Below are positions 38,107 to 48,530 of a stretch of 64,000 nt of DNA, one piece after another. Under the pieces are notes generated by a model. The model searched no databases and was not told where the DNA came from. It saw only the letters and a program-made list of their open reading frames with translations. The stretch is taken from contig JAGVMA010000044.1 in the NCBI GenBank assembly GCA_020054095.1, positions 19,722 to 83,721 of the forward strand. Reading direction: 5' to 3'. A program made the translations under genes and the position numbers. The stretch is from Bacteroidia bacterium. Its GTDB lineage: Bacteria; Bacteroidota; Bacteroidia; JADZBD01. Within the stretch, counting starts at the first letter, position 1; each line of letters starts with the position of its first letter.

Positions 38107-41100
38107 TTAATTGCTGTCATTGTGCTCGGGTAGCGAAACGTAAAAAGTGGTGCCTTCGTCTATTTTAGTTTCAAACCAAATTTTACCATTAGCGCTTTCA
38201 ATAATATTTTTAACCATGGCAAGGCCCAGCCCCATTCCGGTAGATTTTGTAGTGAAATTCGGCACAAATATTTTTTCCATCACACCATCACTAATTCCGC
38301 TCCCGTTATCTTTTACGGTAATTAAAATTTGATTTTCGGTTTTCCTCAGCGCAACATTAATCAGTCCTTTTCTGTTTTCGGGAATTGCCTGTGTTGCATT
38401 TTTTATTAAGTTATTTAACACACGCACAAGCTGGTCTTTATCGGCAAATAATTTTGTTTCTTCACTAATAACTGAAGTGAAAATAATTTCGCAATCGGAA
38501 GTGTTGCGATGTAACTGAACGCTGTTATAAATTATATCGTGAATAAGCACCACCTCGTTGTTCGCTTTCGGCATCTTGGCAAAATTGCTGAACTCGGTGG
38601 CAATATTTGATAGCGTTTCTATTTGCTCGATAAGTGTTTTAGCTAATTTTTTAATTTTAGTTTCAATATCAGGCGATTTGTCGTTTATCAAACGCTGCAT
38701 GTGCTGTATGCTCAGCTTCATAGGCGTAAGCGGATTTTTTATTTCGTGCGCCACCTGTTTTGCCATTTCGCGCCAAGCACTTTCGCGTTCTGATCGGCCT
38801 AACATTTCGGCACTCTTGCTCAGCTCGGCAATCATGCGGTTATATTCGCCCACCAATTGACCAATTTCATCGTGTTGTTTCCAGTAAATAGGCTCGTTTG
38901 CTTTTCCTAGTTTTATTTGACTTAATTTTTCGCGAACTAATTTTAAAGGTTTGGTTAAGTAATTTGAAATAAAAATGGCGACTACTATGGATAAGCCAAA
39001 AAGCAAAACATAAATATTAATTAGCGCAACCAAAAACGTAGAAATTTCTTTTTCTAATTCGCTTTGCTTGGCAAAGTAGGGCAGATTGAGATAAGCAATT
39101 AAATTACCATCGCGGTTATAAAACGGCAGGTATGCCGAAATGTAATTAAGCTTTCCTATGTTTTCATCGTGTATGTATTCCGAGCGCTTGTGTTCGGCAA
39201 TATTTAAAAATGCTATCGGATTCATTTTGGTTGAAATTAATCCTTCGTCAAATATTTTTGGTCGCGATGATGCGAATAAATTTCCGTTCAAATCATATAA
39301 ATTAATATCGGTAAAAAATACATTTGAAAATTTGTTGAGCAAGTAGGATGTGTATTCCCTGAAATTTTGTGTTTGTGTAAAATCGTTTCCTATTTTTCCT
39401 TCTAATTCAATTAAAACGGAGTGTATTTTTTCGCTGATGTGTTCGCTGTTTTTTGTTTCGTATTGCTGTTTTATATAGTAAATAGTGCCACTGCCAAATA
39501 ATACAAGCGATAGCAAAACAATCAGCACCAATAAAAGTTGTATTCTGTACTTGAAACTCATTTGCGAAAAAACAAAACCCCGAGATGCTTGTCGTAAACT
39601 TAAAGCAACTAAAAGTATAATGCTGAAAAATGTAAACAAATACGAAAAGCCGGTAACAAATCCCCGCCATCCTTCGTTTTGTTTTGATAGCACTACAAGT
39701 GTGTTGCCTTCGGTATTGTGAATTACGTGATTGTAATTTTCAAAGTTTTTTATCAGCGTATCAGCAGATTGTGAATGAAACGATTGATCTGAAACAGAAT
39801 AATTAAATTTTCCGAAACGGTTTATTAATCTCTCGTTTTTGTATTTTGCATACGAGTAGCCATTTAACAAATGGTTTAATCCTATTTCTCTGTCGAGTAA
39901 TAATTCAGGAAAACCAATTTCTTCCGATACAAATTTCGATTCCAACTCAATGTAGATGTGGCCATAAAGCTGAACTTGCTCCCTGTCTTTATAAAGCGGA
40001 ATTTTAGCAATGTAATTTAATTTCCCGCTGCTGTTTTCTATTGCAAAATAATTTTGGCTTTCGGCTGATAAGCCCACATCGCGGATTGACTGCTCATAAT
40101 ATTCGTGGTTATCGCGATTAGGGTTGGAGCCAATAAATATTGGAAAACACATTGTATCGAACACGCAAACTTTTACATCGTATTTTTCCCAGTAGCCGGT
40201 AAAATATTTTTCGGTAAACAGTTTGCCAAATTCACTGCCCGAAAGCTGAATGGTATTAATTAGGTTGGTATCGGCAGCAATCTTTTTTTCTATATCAATA
40301 AAAAAATATTCAGCAAAAGGGTCTTGCTCATCGGCTAATTTTTGCACGTATATTTTCCGGCTTTCAATATCTTTTAAATCGCGATGCTTTATTAAAACAT
40401 GCACAGCGTAAAACGTGAGCAACGATAACATGGTAACCGAGCCAAAAAAAACATAACCATTTGTTTTCTTGTGTTTAAAAGTAATTGCCATCAGGAATAA
40501 AACGGGTGCCCAAAGTATTAATATTAAATCGCGCAAGCCTAATAGGTGGCAAATAATAACATGAATGGCAATGGTTAAAACAAAAATTGTTTTTAATATA
40601 CTATTGCTTGCCAACGAGTGGGCAAGTAGCATTATGGTTTTGTTGAGAACCAGGAAATAAGAAAACAAAACCAGTCCCATAATAAAAAACGAACAGTAGC
40701 TGTAAAACGACAAACTAAAAACATCGTTTATGTTAAACGATATACTTGAATTTTGAAACAAGCCAACAAACACATCGCTAATTTTTTTTGATACAAACCA
40801 AAGCGTTAAAAAGAGCAGTGCCAAGATAATGTGCTTGTAATTTTTGTTTTTTATTGCCAGCAGTTGTTCTGCACCTGTGTTTTTACAAGCGTACCAAGTG
40901 GCATAAAAAATTAAAAAAACATTTATTAAAAAATCGCCAAGTGATTGCAACCAAAACGAAGAGGCATCGCCATAATACTGCGGACCAAATAAATCCGATT
41001 CGTAAAACGAATGTGGAAAGTGAATGAAAATACTAAGCAACCGGAATGAAAAAATAAAAACGATGAAAGAAAAGATGCCAATCAGTGCTCCTCGTTTTCT

Positions 41101-41808
41101 GATTATATAATTACACTCTGCACGCAAATAAATGATGAGCAAAAGCCAGCCAATAATATTTAAGAAGTGAATAAATGTTAGCGATTGCTTGTCACTGCCG
41201 CGTGCGGTTGTAAAATCAAATGTGCAAAGGTATTTGCCATCGTTTGTTTTTATGGTGTTAGCGGCATTGCTATCGGCATATATAATTTGTATGTTTTTGT
41301 TTAAATCAAATTCGGGCTGATAGTTGTTTACTAAATAGTGGTTTTGGTAAGCGTATTCGTTTTTTAAAAGTATTAGCCCCACAACTTTAAAGCCGCCCAT
41401 GTTTTTTGACGATTGTAAAATTTCGAACCAACCGTTTTTTAATTGCACCACTCGCTCATCGTTACACAAATCGGAATAGGTGTTGCTAATCGGCATGAAA
41501 TTACTGCTCCAGTAAGCCAGCGAATCGTTATAAAATGCGAGAATGATAAAACCATCTTGCTCAAATAAGTTTTCGTGAGCCAATGCATAGTTGCTAAATA
41601 AATCAGCTGCGCTTTTGTCTTTTAACGCAAAGGCAAACAAGTCTATTTTTGTTTGCAGTAATTTTTCTTTTTCGTGCAGCTTTTTTTCAAATTTCCTGAT
41701 AACCGAATCGCGGGTTTCAAAATCGCTCATGCTTAAAAAATAAGCCGCCACAAAAAATACTACCGCAGTAAAAGCAATAATAAATCGGTTATAAAAAATA
41801 GATTTCAC
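38107..41808 (-). CDS. Multi-TM sensor histidine kinase (NtrY-like HAMP-HisKA-HATPase)
   Basis: AWREMAKQVAHEIKNPLTP, NLIKNA, DNGSGI, FTTKSTGMGLGL. No response regulator is adjacent. Confidence 0.92.
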   Translation of the reverse strand: MKSIFYNRFIIAFTAVVFFVAAYFLSMSDFETRDSVIRKFEKKLHEKEKLLQTKIDLFAFALKDKSAADLFSNYALAHENLFEQDGFIILAFYNDSLAYWSSNFMPISNTYSDLCNDERVVQLKNGWFEILQSSKNMGGFKVVGLILLKNEYAYQNHYLVNNYQPEFDLNKNIQIIYADSNAANTIKTNDGKYLCTFDFTTARGSDKQSLTFIHFLNIIGWLLLIIYLRAECNYIIRKRGALIGIFSFIVFIFSFRLLSIFIHFPHSFYESDLFGPQYYGDASSFWLQSLGDFLINVFLIFYATWYACKNTGAEQLLAIKNKNYKHIILALLFLTLWFVSKKISDVFVGLFQNSSISFNINDVFSLSFYSYCSFFIMGLVLFSYFLVLNKTIMLLAHSLASNSILKTIFVLTIAIHVIICHLLGLRDLILILWAPVLFLMAITFKHKKTNGYVFFGSVTMLSLLTFYAVHVLIKHRDLKDIESRKIYVQKLADEQDPFAEYFFIDIEKKIAADTNLINTIQLSGSEFGKLFTEKYFTGYWEKYDVKVCVFDTMCFPIFIGSNPNRDNHEYYEQSIRDVGLSAESQNYFAIENSSGKLNYIAKIPLYKDREQVQLYGHIYIELESKFVSEEIGFPELLLDREIGLNHLLNGYSYAKYKNERLINRFGKFNYSVSDQSFHSQSADTLIKNFENYNHVIHNTEGNTLVVLSKQNEGWRGFVTGFSYLFTFFSIILLVALSLRQASRGFVFSQMSFKYRIQLLLVLIVLLSLVLFGSGTIYYIKQQYETKNSEHISEKIHSVLIELEGKIGNDFTQTQNFREYTSYLLNKFSNVFFTDINLYDLNGNLFASSRPKIFDEGLISTKMNPIAFLNIAEHKRSEYIHDENIGKLNYISAYLPFYNRDGNLIAYLNLPYFAKQSELEKEISTFLVALINIYVLLFGLSIVVAIFISNYLTKPLKLVREKLSQIKLGKANEPIYWKQHDEIGQLVGEYNRMIAELSKSAEMLGRSERESAWREMAKQVAHEIKNPLTPMKLSIQHMQRLINDKSPDIETKIKKLAKTLIEQIETLSNIATEFSNFAKMPKANNEVVLIHDIIYNSVQLHRNTSDCEIIFTSVISEETKLFADKDQLVRVLNNLIKNATQAIPENRKGLINVALRKTENQILITVKDNGSGISDGVMEKIFVPNFTTKSTGMGLGLAMVKNIIESANGKIWFETKIDEGTTFYVSLPEHNDSN

Positions 41809-41995
41809 TAGGATGGCAAAGTTACTAATTATGGTGCTTGTTTATTTTTTGGATTAATACCGCCTATAATTATTTTACAGCACAGTACACAATTATTTTT
41901 AGCGGTATTTACCAATTGCCCCACACTTTCTCCACACATAAATAAAAATTAGCTTGCACTAATTTTTATTTATAATTGGTATAAATTTGCAACGT

Positions 41996-43915
41996 ATGTC
42001 TAAAAAGAAAAATAAACTAACAAATACTGCACCACAACAAAAATTGCAGCCGGAAATTAAACCCCATTTTTTTTCTTTTCTCGATACATTTAAAAAACAA
42101 GCTATTGCGCTAATCATAATTGGTTTTGTTTTAAATATAAACACGATTTACAATCAATATGCGTTGGACGATGGCATTGTGCTGGTAAAAAACAAATCGG
42201 TGCAAAATGGTTTTGCGGGCATAAAAGATATTTTAACCACCGATGCTTACTATGGTTTTTATAAAGAGATGAATGCCGAAAACCAATTGCAGGGCGGAAG
42301 ATACAGGCCGCTTTCAATTGTAACATTTGCCATTGAGCAGCAATTGTTTGGCGATAATACTTTTGTGCGCCATTTTTTTAATGTAGTTTTTTACCTGTTA
42401 TCGGTGGTGCTTTTGCTCAAATTACTTTCGAAGTATTTACTAAAACACTTGCCCGACATTGCATTTTTAACCTGCCTGCTTTTTTTAATACACCCATTGC
42501 ACACCGAAGTGGTAGCAAACATTAAAAGCCGCGATGAAATTTTTTCTTTCCTCTTCATCATGCTCACATTTATTTATTTGTTTCGTTATACGGAAAGCAA
42601 AACGCAGAAAGATTTAGTGTTTGCTGCGGGCAGTTATTTTTTGGCACTGCTATCAAAAGAGTGGGGCATAACGCTGGTGGCGCTTGTGCCGCTTTCGTTA
42701 ATTGTATTTAAAAAAGAAAACATCAGCAATGCCATTTATAAATGCATTCCGTTTTTTATTGTAGCATTTGTTTACCTATTAATGCGTGTAAAATTTGTGG
42801 GCTTAGGCAGTAATCAAGAAAACACCGAAATATTAAACAATCCGTTTTACTTGGCTACTGCATCCGAAAAAATGGCAACACAAATTTTTGTACTACTTAA
42901 GTATTTGCTGCTCCTTTTGTTTCCGCACCCACTTTCTGCAGATTATTCTTACAATACCATTTACTATCGCAACTTTGCAAGCCCCGATGTTTTAATGAGC
43001 ATAGCCGTTTACATTGGCATAATTGTTTGGGGAATTTATTTGTACAATAAAAAACATCCGCTTGCATTTGCACTTGCGTTTTTTTTGGCGCACTTGGCGC
43101 TGGTTTCTAATTTTATTTTTGATATAGGCGCCAGCATGGGCGAGCGCTTGGTTTATCATTCTTCGCTGGGCATAGTACTTATTGTAGCTTGGGGCATAGT
43201 GCAGTTGTGCGAAAAATATTTTATGCAACAAAAAAACATACTACTCCTAATTATAACGCCCATTGTTTTACTAAGCGGTTACAAAACTATAACGCGCAAT
43301 GCCGAATGGAAAAACGATAAAACACTTTTTATTACCGATGCCAAAACAGTACCGCACAGCATTATGGCAAATGGCAATGCCGGCAAATCGTTTATTGAAA
43401 TGGCCGAAGAAGCAAAAAAAGAAAACGATACCATTTTGCAATACCAATTGTTAGACAGTGCCGATTTTTATTTAAGGCGCTCCATTAAAAATCATCCGAA
43501 AAACGGTTATTATTTGGGCTACTTAAATTTGGGTTACATCTATTTTATAAAAACCAATTACGATAGCTGCGAATATTTTTGGAACATGGCAGCTAAAACA
43601 TTTCCGCGTGAGCGCCACCGCGATTTTTGGAAAACTTACGATGTGCCGCTTGCCAATGTATATCACGTAAAAGGCAACCAGGCGGGTGTAAAAAAAGATT
43701 TTATAGCAGCAGCCGCACATTTAGAAAAAGCAGTTTTTTATCAGCCCAATAATTCACTTTACTGGACAGACCTGGGCGGAGCCAACTACGAAAACAAAAA
43801 CTACCAGCGTGCTTACGAGTGCTGGACCCGAGCCGTGCAGTTAGACCCTGCTAACAAGCAAGCCCAAGGCGGATTAAATGCGCTGCAATATTTTAATCAG
43901 GAGCAGAAAAAATAG
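41996..43915 (+). CDS. TMTC-like GT-C membrane glycosyltransferase with C-terminal TPR
   Basis: YALDD, YRPL, HPLHTEVVANIKSR.E, LLSKE, PLSADYS, ER..Y, R..EWK, then TPRs. Start taken at the ATG of MSKKK. Confidence 0.8.
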   Translation: MSKKKNKLTNTAPQQKLQPEIKPHFFSFLDTFKKQAIALIIIGFVLNINTIYNQYALDDGIVLVKNKSVQNGFAGIKDILTTDAYYGFYKEMNAENQLQGGRYRPLSIVTFAIEQQLFGDNTFVRHFFNVVFYLLSVVLLLKLLSKYLLKHLPDIAFLTCLLFLIHPLHTEVVANIKSRDEIFSFLFIMLTFIYLFRYTESKTQKDLVFAAGSYFLALLSKEWGITLVALVPLSLIVFKKENISNAIYKCIPFFIVAFVYLLMRVKFVGLGSNQENTEILNNPFYLATASEKMATQIFVLLKYLLLLLFPHPLSADYSYNTIYYRNFASPDVLMSIAVYIGIIVWGIYLYNKKHPLAFALAFFLAHLALVSNFIFDIGASMGERLVYHSSLGIVLIVAWGIVQLCEKYFMQQKNILLLIITPIVLLSGYKTITRNAEWKNDKTLFITDAKTVPHSIMANGNAGKSFIEMAEEAKKENDTILQYQLLDSADFYLRRSIKNHPKNGYYLGYLNLGYIYFIKTNYDSCEYFWNMAAKTFPRERHRDFWKTYDVPLANVYHVKGNQAGVKKDFIAAAAHLEKAVFYQPNNSLYWTDLGGANYENKNYQRAYECWTRAVQLDPANKQAQGGLNALQYFNQEQKK

Positions 43916-44219
43916 AGCATGATTTGCCTGCAATACATCATGCAGACAGTTTTTTTATTTATGCGCTGCCTGCATTAATTTATCCAAGTTTTTTTGTAAG
44001 AGAGAGGTGAGGCAGATTGATAACTGTGGCTCACCGATGCTCAACTGTGTTAGGCTGATAGCTGATAAGGTTGGGTTGGCGCTCAACTTGGTTCCCCGAT
44101 GCATAAGAGTTATGTAAACCGATAACGAACATGGTTAAACCGATGCGCGATTAGGGCAGACGGATTGTAAGGATATGTGAACTTAGATGTGTGCGAACTA
44201 GAAGCAAGCATTATCTTCC

Positions 44220-44306
44220 CTCGCTCTCCGGAGGAGAGTGAGATTAAGCAGACAACAAGGCAAAAGCAAAACTAAATAGCCCCTCCTTCGGCAGGCTCAG
44301 TGTGAC
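44220..44306. repeat. REP-like hairpins in a 530-bp intergenic region
   Basis: CTCGCTCTCC-GGA-GGAGAGTGAG (44220-44242) and CCTTCGGCAGGCTCAGTGTGAC (44285-44306). Confidence 0.5.
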
Positions 44307-44445
44307 AGCGCGCAACTTATAGTGTGAAGCGGGAGCAAAGTTTACTACAATGCACTGCACTTGCGTTTCAAAATAAAATATCCTCACCGCCCTTCCGTTC
44401 ATATATAACAGAACCATTGCTAAATGCTATCTTAGCGGGCAGAAA

Positions 44446-46293
44446 ATGAAAAGCATAATAAGGATACTCGCTTTTGCTAAAAATTACAAACGCTATGCGG
44501 TGTTAAACGTGGTGTTTAATGTGCTGTCGGTTATATTCTCTATGTTTTCGGTGGCTATGCTTTACCCGTTTTTGCAAGTATTATTTAGTGATGATGATGC
44601 CAAGCTGCAACAATATGTGGCTAATGGTGTACCATCAATTGGTTTTTCGGCCGAAGGTATTTTAAATTATGCCAATTATTATTTGGCAAAAATATCGCTT
44701 GAGCGTGGGCGCATGGATGCGCTGGTTTATATCTGCCTGTTTGTAATCATCAGCATTTTCTTTAAAAACCTTTTCAGGTATTTGGCCATGTATTTTTTGG
44801 CGCCCATTCGCAATGGTATTGTAATGGATTTACGCAATTCATTGTTTGATAAAACCATGAAACTATCGCTATCGTTTTACTCTAACGAGCGCAAAGGCGA
44901 TATAATGGCACGCATGACGGCCGATGTAAAAGAAGTGGAATTTAGTGTAATGAACTCGCTCGAAATGATGTTCAGAGACCCTATAAACATATTGGTGTTT
45001 TTGGTGATGATGATTACATTGAGTTTTAAATTATCGCTATTTGTATTTGTAATGCTGCCGCTAACGGGTTTAATAGTGGGCCGCATTGCCAAGAGCTTGC
45101 GTAAAACATCGGTTAGGGAAAAAGAAGAAATGGGTTTTTTGCTTTCCATCATTGACGAAACATTATCGGGCATGCGCATCATCACGGCATTTAATGCGCA
45201 GCAAAGCATGCGAGCAAAATTCAGGAAATCTAATTCATCGTACACCAAGTACATGGTTTCGGTTTATCGCAAAACCGATTTATCATCGCCTTTGAGCGAA
45301 TTTTTGGGCGTTAGCGTTTTGGTATCGGTCATGTATTTTGGTGGTTTGCTGGTGCTGGGCAATAACCCAAGCATGACGGGCGCTATTTTTATAACCTATA
45401 TTGGCTTGTTTGCACAATTGATACAACCTGCCAAATCGTTCACCACGGCTTATTACAATATTCAAAAAGGCATTGCATCGCTCGAGCGGATAAATACCAT
45501 TTTAGATGCCGATGAAACGATAAAAGAAAACGCAACTGCAAAAAGCACAAGCACATTTGAACGCGAAATATTGTTTAACAACGTATCGTTTGAATATCAG
45601 CGGGGCGATAACGGCTATGTGCTAAAAGATGTAAACCTTAAAATAGAAAAAGGAAAATGTATAGCACTGGTGGGACAATCGGGCTCGGGTAAATCTACAT
45701 TGGCTGATATGTTGCCGCGCTTTTATGATGTGAACAAAGGCGAAGTGCTGATAGATGGAACCAATGTGAAAGATTTAAAGCTAAACGATTTGCGCTCGCT
45801 GATGGGCATTGTTTCGCAAGAATCAATTTTATTTAACGATACCGTGTTTAACAACATAGCATTTGGCATAGATAACGCCACCGAAGCCGATGTAATAGCT
45901 GCCGCCAAGGTGGCTAATGCCGATGAGTTTATTACTAAAATGCCGAATGGTTATTACACCAATATAGGTGATAGAGGCAATAAAATGTCGGGTGGGCAGC
46001 GGCAGCGCTTAAGCATAGCACGAGCGGTCTTAAAAAATCCCCCTGTATTAATATTAGATGAGGCCACATCGGCATTAGATACCGAATCGGAACGATTAGT
46101 ACAAGATGCACTTAACAAGCTGATGAAAAACCGAACTTCAATAATCATAGCACACAGGTTATCTACCATCATCCATGCCGATGAAATAATAGTGCTGCAA
46201 AAAGGTGAAATAACAGAGCGTGGTAATCACCAGCAGCTATTGGCAAAAAACGGGACTTATAAAAAGCTACACGATTTGCAGACTTTTGTCTGA
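44446..46293 (+). CDS. ABC transporter, fused TMD-NBD (MsbA-like)
   Basis: Six-TM N-half, GQSGSGKS, MSGGQRQR, LILDEATSALD, IAHRLST. Confidence 0.93.
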   Translation: MKSIIRILAFAKNYKRYAVLNVVFNVLSVIFSMFSVAMLYPFLQVLFSDDDAKLQQYVANGVPSIGFSAEGILNYANYYLAKISLERGRMDALVYICLFVIISIFFKNLFRYLAMYFLAPIRNGIVMDLRNSLFDKTMKLSLSFYSNERKGDIMARMTADVKEVEFSVMNSLEMMFRDPINILVFLVMMITLSFKLSLFVFVMLPLTGLIVGRIAKSLRKTSVREKEEMGFLLSIIDETLSGMRIITAFNAQQSMRAKFRKSNSSYTKYMVSVYRKTDLSSPLSEFLGVSVLVSVMYFGGLLVLGNNPSMTGAIFITYIGLFAQLIQPAKSFTTAYYNIQKGIASLERINTILDADETIKENATAKSTSTFEREILFNNVSFEYQRGDNGYVLKDVNLKIEKGKCIALVGQSGSGKSTLADMLPRFYDVNKGEVLIDGTNVKDLKLNDLRSLMGIVSQESILFNDTVFNNIAFGIDNATEADVIAAAKVANADEFITKMPNGYYTNIGDRGNKMSGGQRQRLSIARAVLKNPPVLILDEATSALDTESERLVQDALNKLMKNRTSIIIAHRLSTIIHADEIIVLQKGEITERGNHQQLLAKNGTYKKLHDLQTFV

Positions 46294-46390
46294 TTTTATT
46301 GCTGCCATCAGCGTAACTATTGTATGCCGCTGTTCGTTTTAGTTTTTGTAAATTTGCACATCAATAAAAAACAACCCTAAAACATAAATC

Positions 46391-47428
46391 ATGAAAAAAC
46401 AACTACTTTTTGCATCACTTGCATTTGCATTTACTGCAAAGGCACAAATTACATTAGTGGAGTGGGACGTAGCTCCGGTAGGCACACAGCTTGTGCAAGA
46501 CCAAGATACAATTCCTAACGTGCAGCCCGGCTCATCAGGTGCTAATGCCGTTTGGAATTTTATTAATGTGGTTCCACACACAACTAGCAATATAAGTGTT
46601 ACCAACCCTAACTGGACACCATACAGTTCGGAAATGCAGGGCTCAAACTTGGCATTTGACTTAGGCCAGCAAACCTATTTTTACCTTAATAACACTTCTA
46701 ATGGGCTTTTTGCAATTGGGCAAGCAGGCGATTTTGGTCTTGGGCCAATGGCAATTAGACTTGACGACCAAGAGCAACTATTAAAATTCCCGATGACTTA
46801 TAATACAAGCTTTAATGATACTTCGCTTGTAGATTTTACTACATTTTTCGGACAACAAGGAATAGATTCTGTTCGCATAGTTCAATACAAAACCAAAACA
46901 GTGAATGTAGATGGCTGGGGAAACATCACCACTCCGCTTGGCACATTTACGTGCTTGCGACAAAAAAACTATAGCATCACCACTACCGATATTTACGGCT
47001 ATGTAATGTTTGTTGGCTGGCAACCGCTACAAAGCCAAGTGGATACTAACTACCAATTTGAGTGGTGGACACAAAACAAAGGTTATGCAGTAATGAGCAT
47101 GGATAGTGCGGTGGATGGAACCATTTCAAATGTTAATTGGTTATCGGCCAATCCGGCACCTAATGCTGTGGAAGAAAACAATGCAGCTGTAAGCATCGGG
47201 GTTTATCCTAATCCGGCTAACAGCGTAATTAGTTTTGATGTAACCAATGTCAATGCCGAGCAATTATCTATTACTGATATTACCGGCCGCGCAGTGCAAA
47301 CCATAAATGTGCAGCAAAACTTAATTAATATGAATGTTACCGATTTTGCCGCAGGCACTTATATCTATACCGTGCGCGATGCAAATGGCGCCATCGTTAC
47401 ATCGGGTAAGTTTAATGTAACCAAGTAA
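46391..47428 (+). CDS. T9SS type A sorting domain-containing protein
   Basis: Signal peptide; C-terminal VYPNPA…DITGR…GTYIY…KF. TAAATTTG promoter motif at 46349. Confidence 0.88.
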   Translation: MKKQLLFASLAFAFTAKAQITLVEWDVAPVGTQLVQDQDTIPNVQPGSSGANAVWNFINVVPHTTSNISVTNPNWTPYSSEMQGSNLAFDLGQQTYFYLNNTSNGLFAIGQAGDFGLGPMAIRLDDQEQLLKFPMTYNTSFNDTSLVDFTTFFGQQGIDSVRIVQYKTKTVNVDGWGNITTPLGTFTCLRQKNYSITTTDIYGYVMFVGWQPLQSQVDTNYQFEWWTQNKGYAVMSMDSAVDGTISNVNWLSANPAPNAVEENNAAVSIGVYPNPANSVISFDVTNVNAEQLSITDITGRAVQTINVQQNLINMNVTDFAAGTYIYTVRDANGAIVTSGKFNVTK

Positions 47429-47441
47429 TACTATTTTTTTA

Positions 47442-47492
47442 GCAAAAGCCTCGCTTCCATTCTGAACATATTTAATGGAGCCGGGCTTTTGC
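47442..47492 (+). terminator. Stem-loop / intrinsic terminator
   Basis: GCAAAAGCC…GGCTTTTGC with an inner TCCATT/AATGGA pairing. Confidence 0.55.
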
Positions 47493-47541
47493 AATTTTAA
47501 AAAAGATTACTTACTTTTATTGACCTTTAAATAACAGAAAC

Positions 47542-48471
47542 ATGAAAAAACAATTACTATTAATAGCTACTGTTGCCTCATCACTAGCACTATTTGCACA
47601 ACAAAATGCAAGTTTTGAAACTTGGTCGTCAATATTTAATGCCCCCACACAACCCAATAACTGGGTTAGTGCAAATTTATTTGCATCACCACTTATTGAT
47701 GCTAACAACCCTACATCGGTATTTAAAGATTCGTTAGCGAATAAAACCAACGGACAGTATTCCATGAAAATTACCACAATAAAACTAACCACCAATCCCG
47801 ACCCGGCAGCAATCCCGGATACATTAGGATACGCTGCACAAGGAGTAGTGATCGTTCAGTTACCTACATTTAATATTTTAGATAGGTTACCATTCACTGG
47901 CCGTCCGGCAAATTTTAATTTCATGTACAAATACACACCAAGCGGTACCGACAGTGCATTTGCATACATAGAGCTAACAAAATGGAACACTACATTAATG
48001 CGCAGAGACACAATAGGCGCAATGGGATTTTTTATGTTAGCCTCAACTAATTTCGCTACCGGTGGAGGTTCGCTTATTTATAATCCATTGTATCCAAATA
48101 CATTCCCCGATAGTTTGCACATTTCTTTTTCATCAAGCAGCTACCTTACACCGCGCTTAGGCAGCACCATGTGGGTTGATGAAATTTCGCTTACAGGTTG
48201 GACAGGAATAAGCCAAATAGATGCCAATGCTTCTTATGTAAAAGCATTTCCTAACCCATCAAATAGTGCTGTAACCATTTCAGTTGATTTGCCTAATGCT
48301 AAACACATTACTATTTACAATCAACTTGGGCAAACAATGGGCACCAAGCAAATTAATGCCAAACAAATTATAATTGAAGCAAATACATTTGCTCCGGGCA
48401 ATTATTACTATTCCGTTACCGATGAAAACGGAACAGTAGTTGCCGGAAATACATTTACCATCACACATTAG
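47542..48471 (+). CDS. T9SS type A sorting domain protein with a carbohydrate-binding-like N-domain
   Basis: QQNASFETW…P..W N-terminus; C-terminal AFPNPS…YNQLGQ…GNYYY. Confidence 0.85.
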   Translation: MKKQLLLIATVASSLALFAQQNASFETWSSIFNAPTQPNNWVSANLFASPLIDANNPTSVFKDSLANKTNGQYSMKITTIKLTTNPDPAAIPDTLGYAAQGVVIVQLPTFNILDRLPFTGRPANFNFMYKYTPSGTDSAFAYIELTKWNTTLMRRDTIGAMGFFMLASTNFATGGGSLIYNPLYPNTFPDSLHISFSSSSYLTPRLGSTMWVDEISLTGWTGISQIDANASYVKAFPNPSNSAVTISVDLPNAKHITIYNQLGQTMGTKQINAKQIIIEANTFAPGNYYYSVTDENGTVVAGNTFTITH

Positions 48472-48479
48472 TTTTCACT

Positions 48480-48511
48480 AAAAAATACTCCGCCTTGGCG
48501 GAGTATTTTTT
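48480..48511 (+). terminator. Intrinsic terminator
   Basis: AAAAAATACTCCGCC-TT-GGCGGAGTATTTTTT. Confidence 0.8.
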
Positions 48512-48530
48512 CACCACTTAGGTTAAAAAA

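Noticed and set aside
43916..44445. Possible CRISPR array or riboswitch
   Set aside because: No identical repeats with unique spacers, no cas genes, and no riboswitch consensus that I can recognise.
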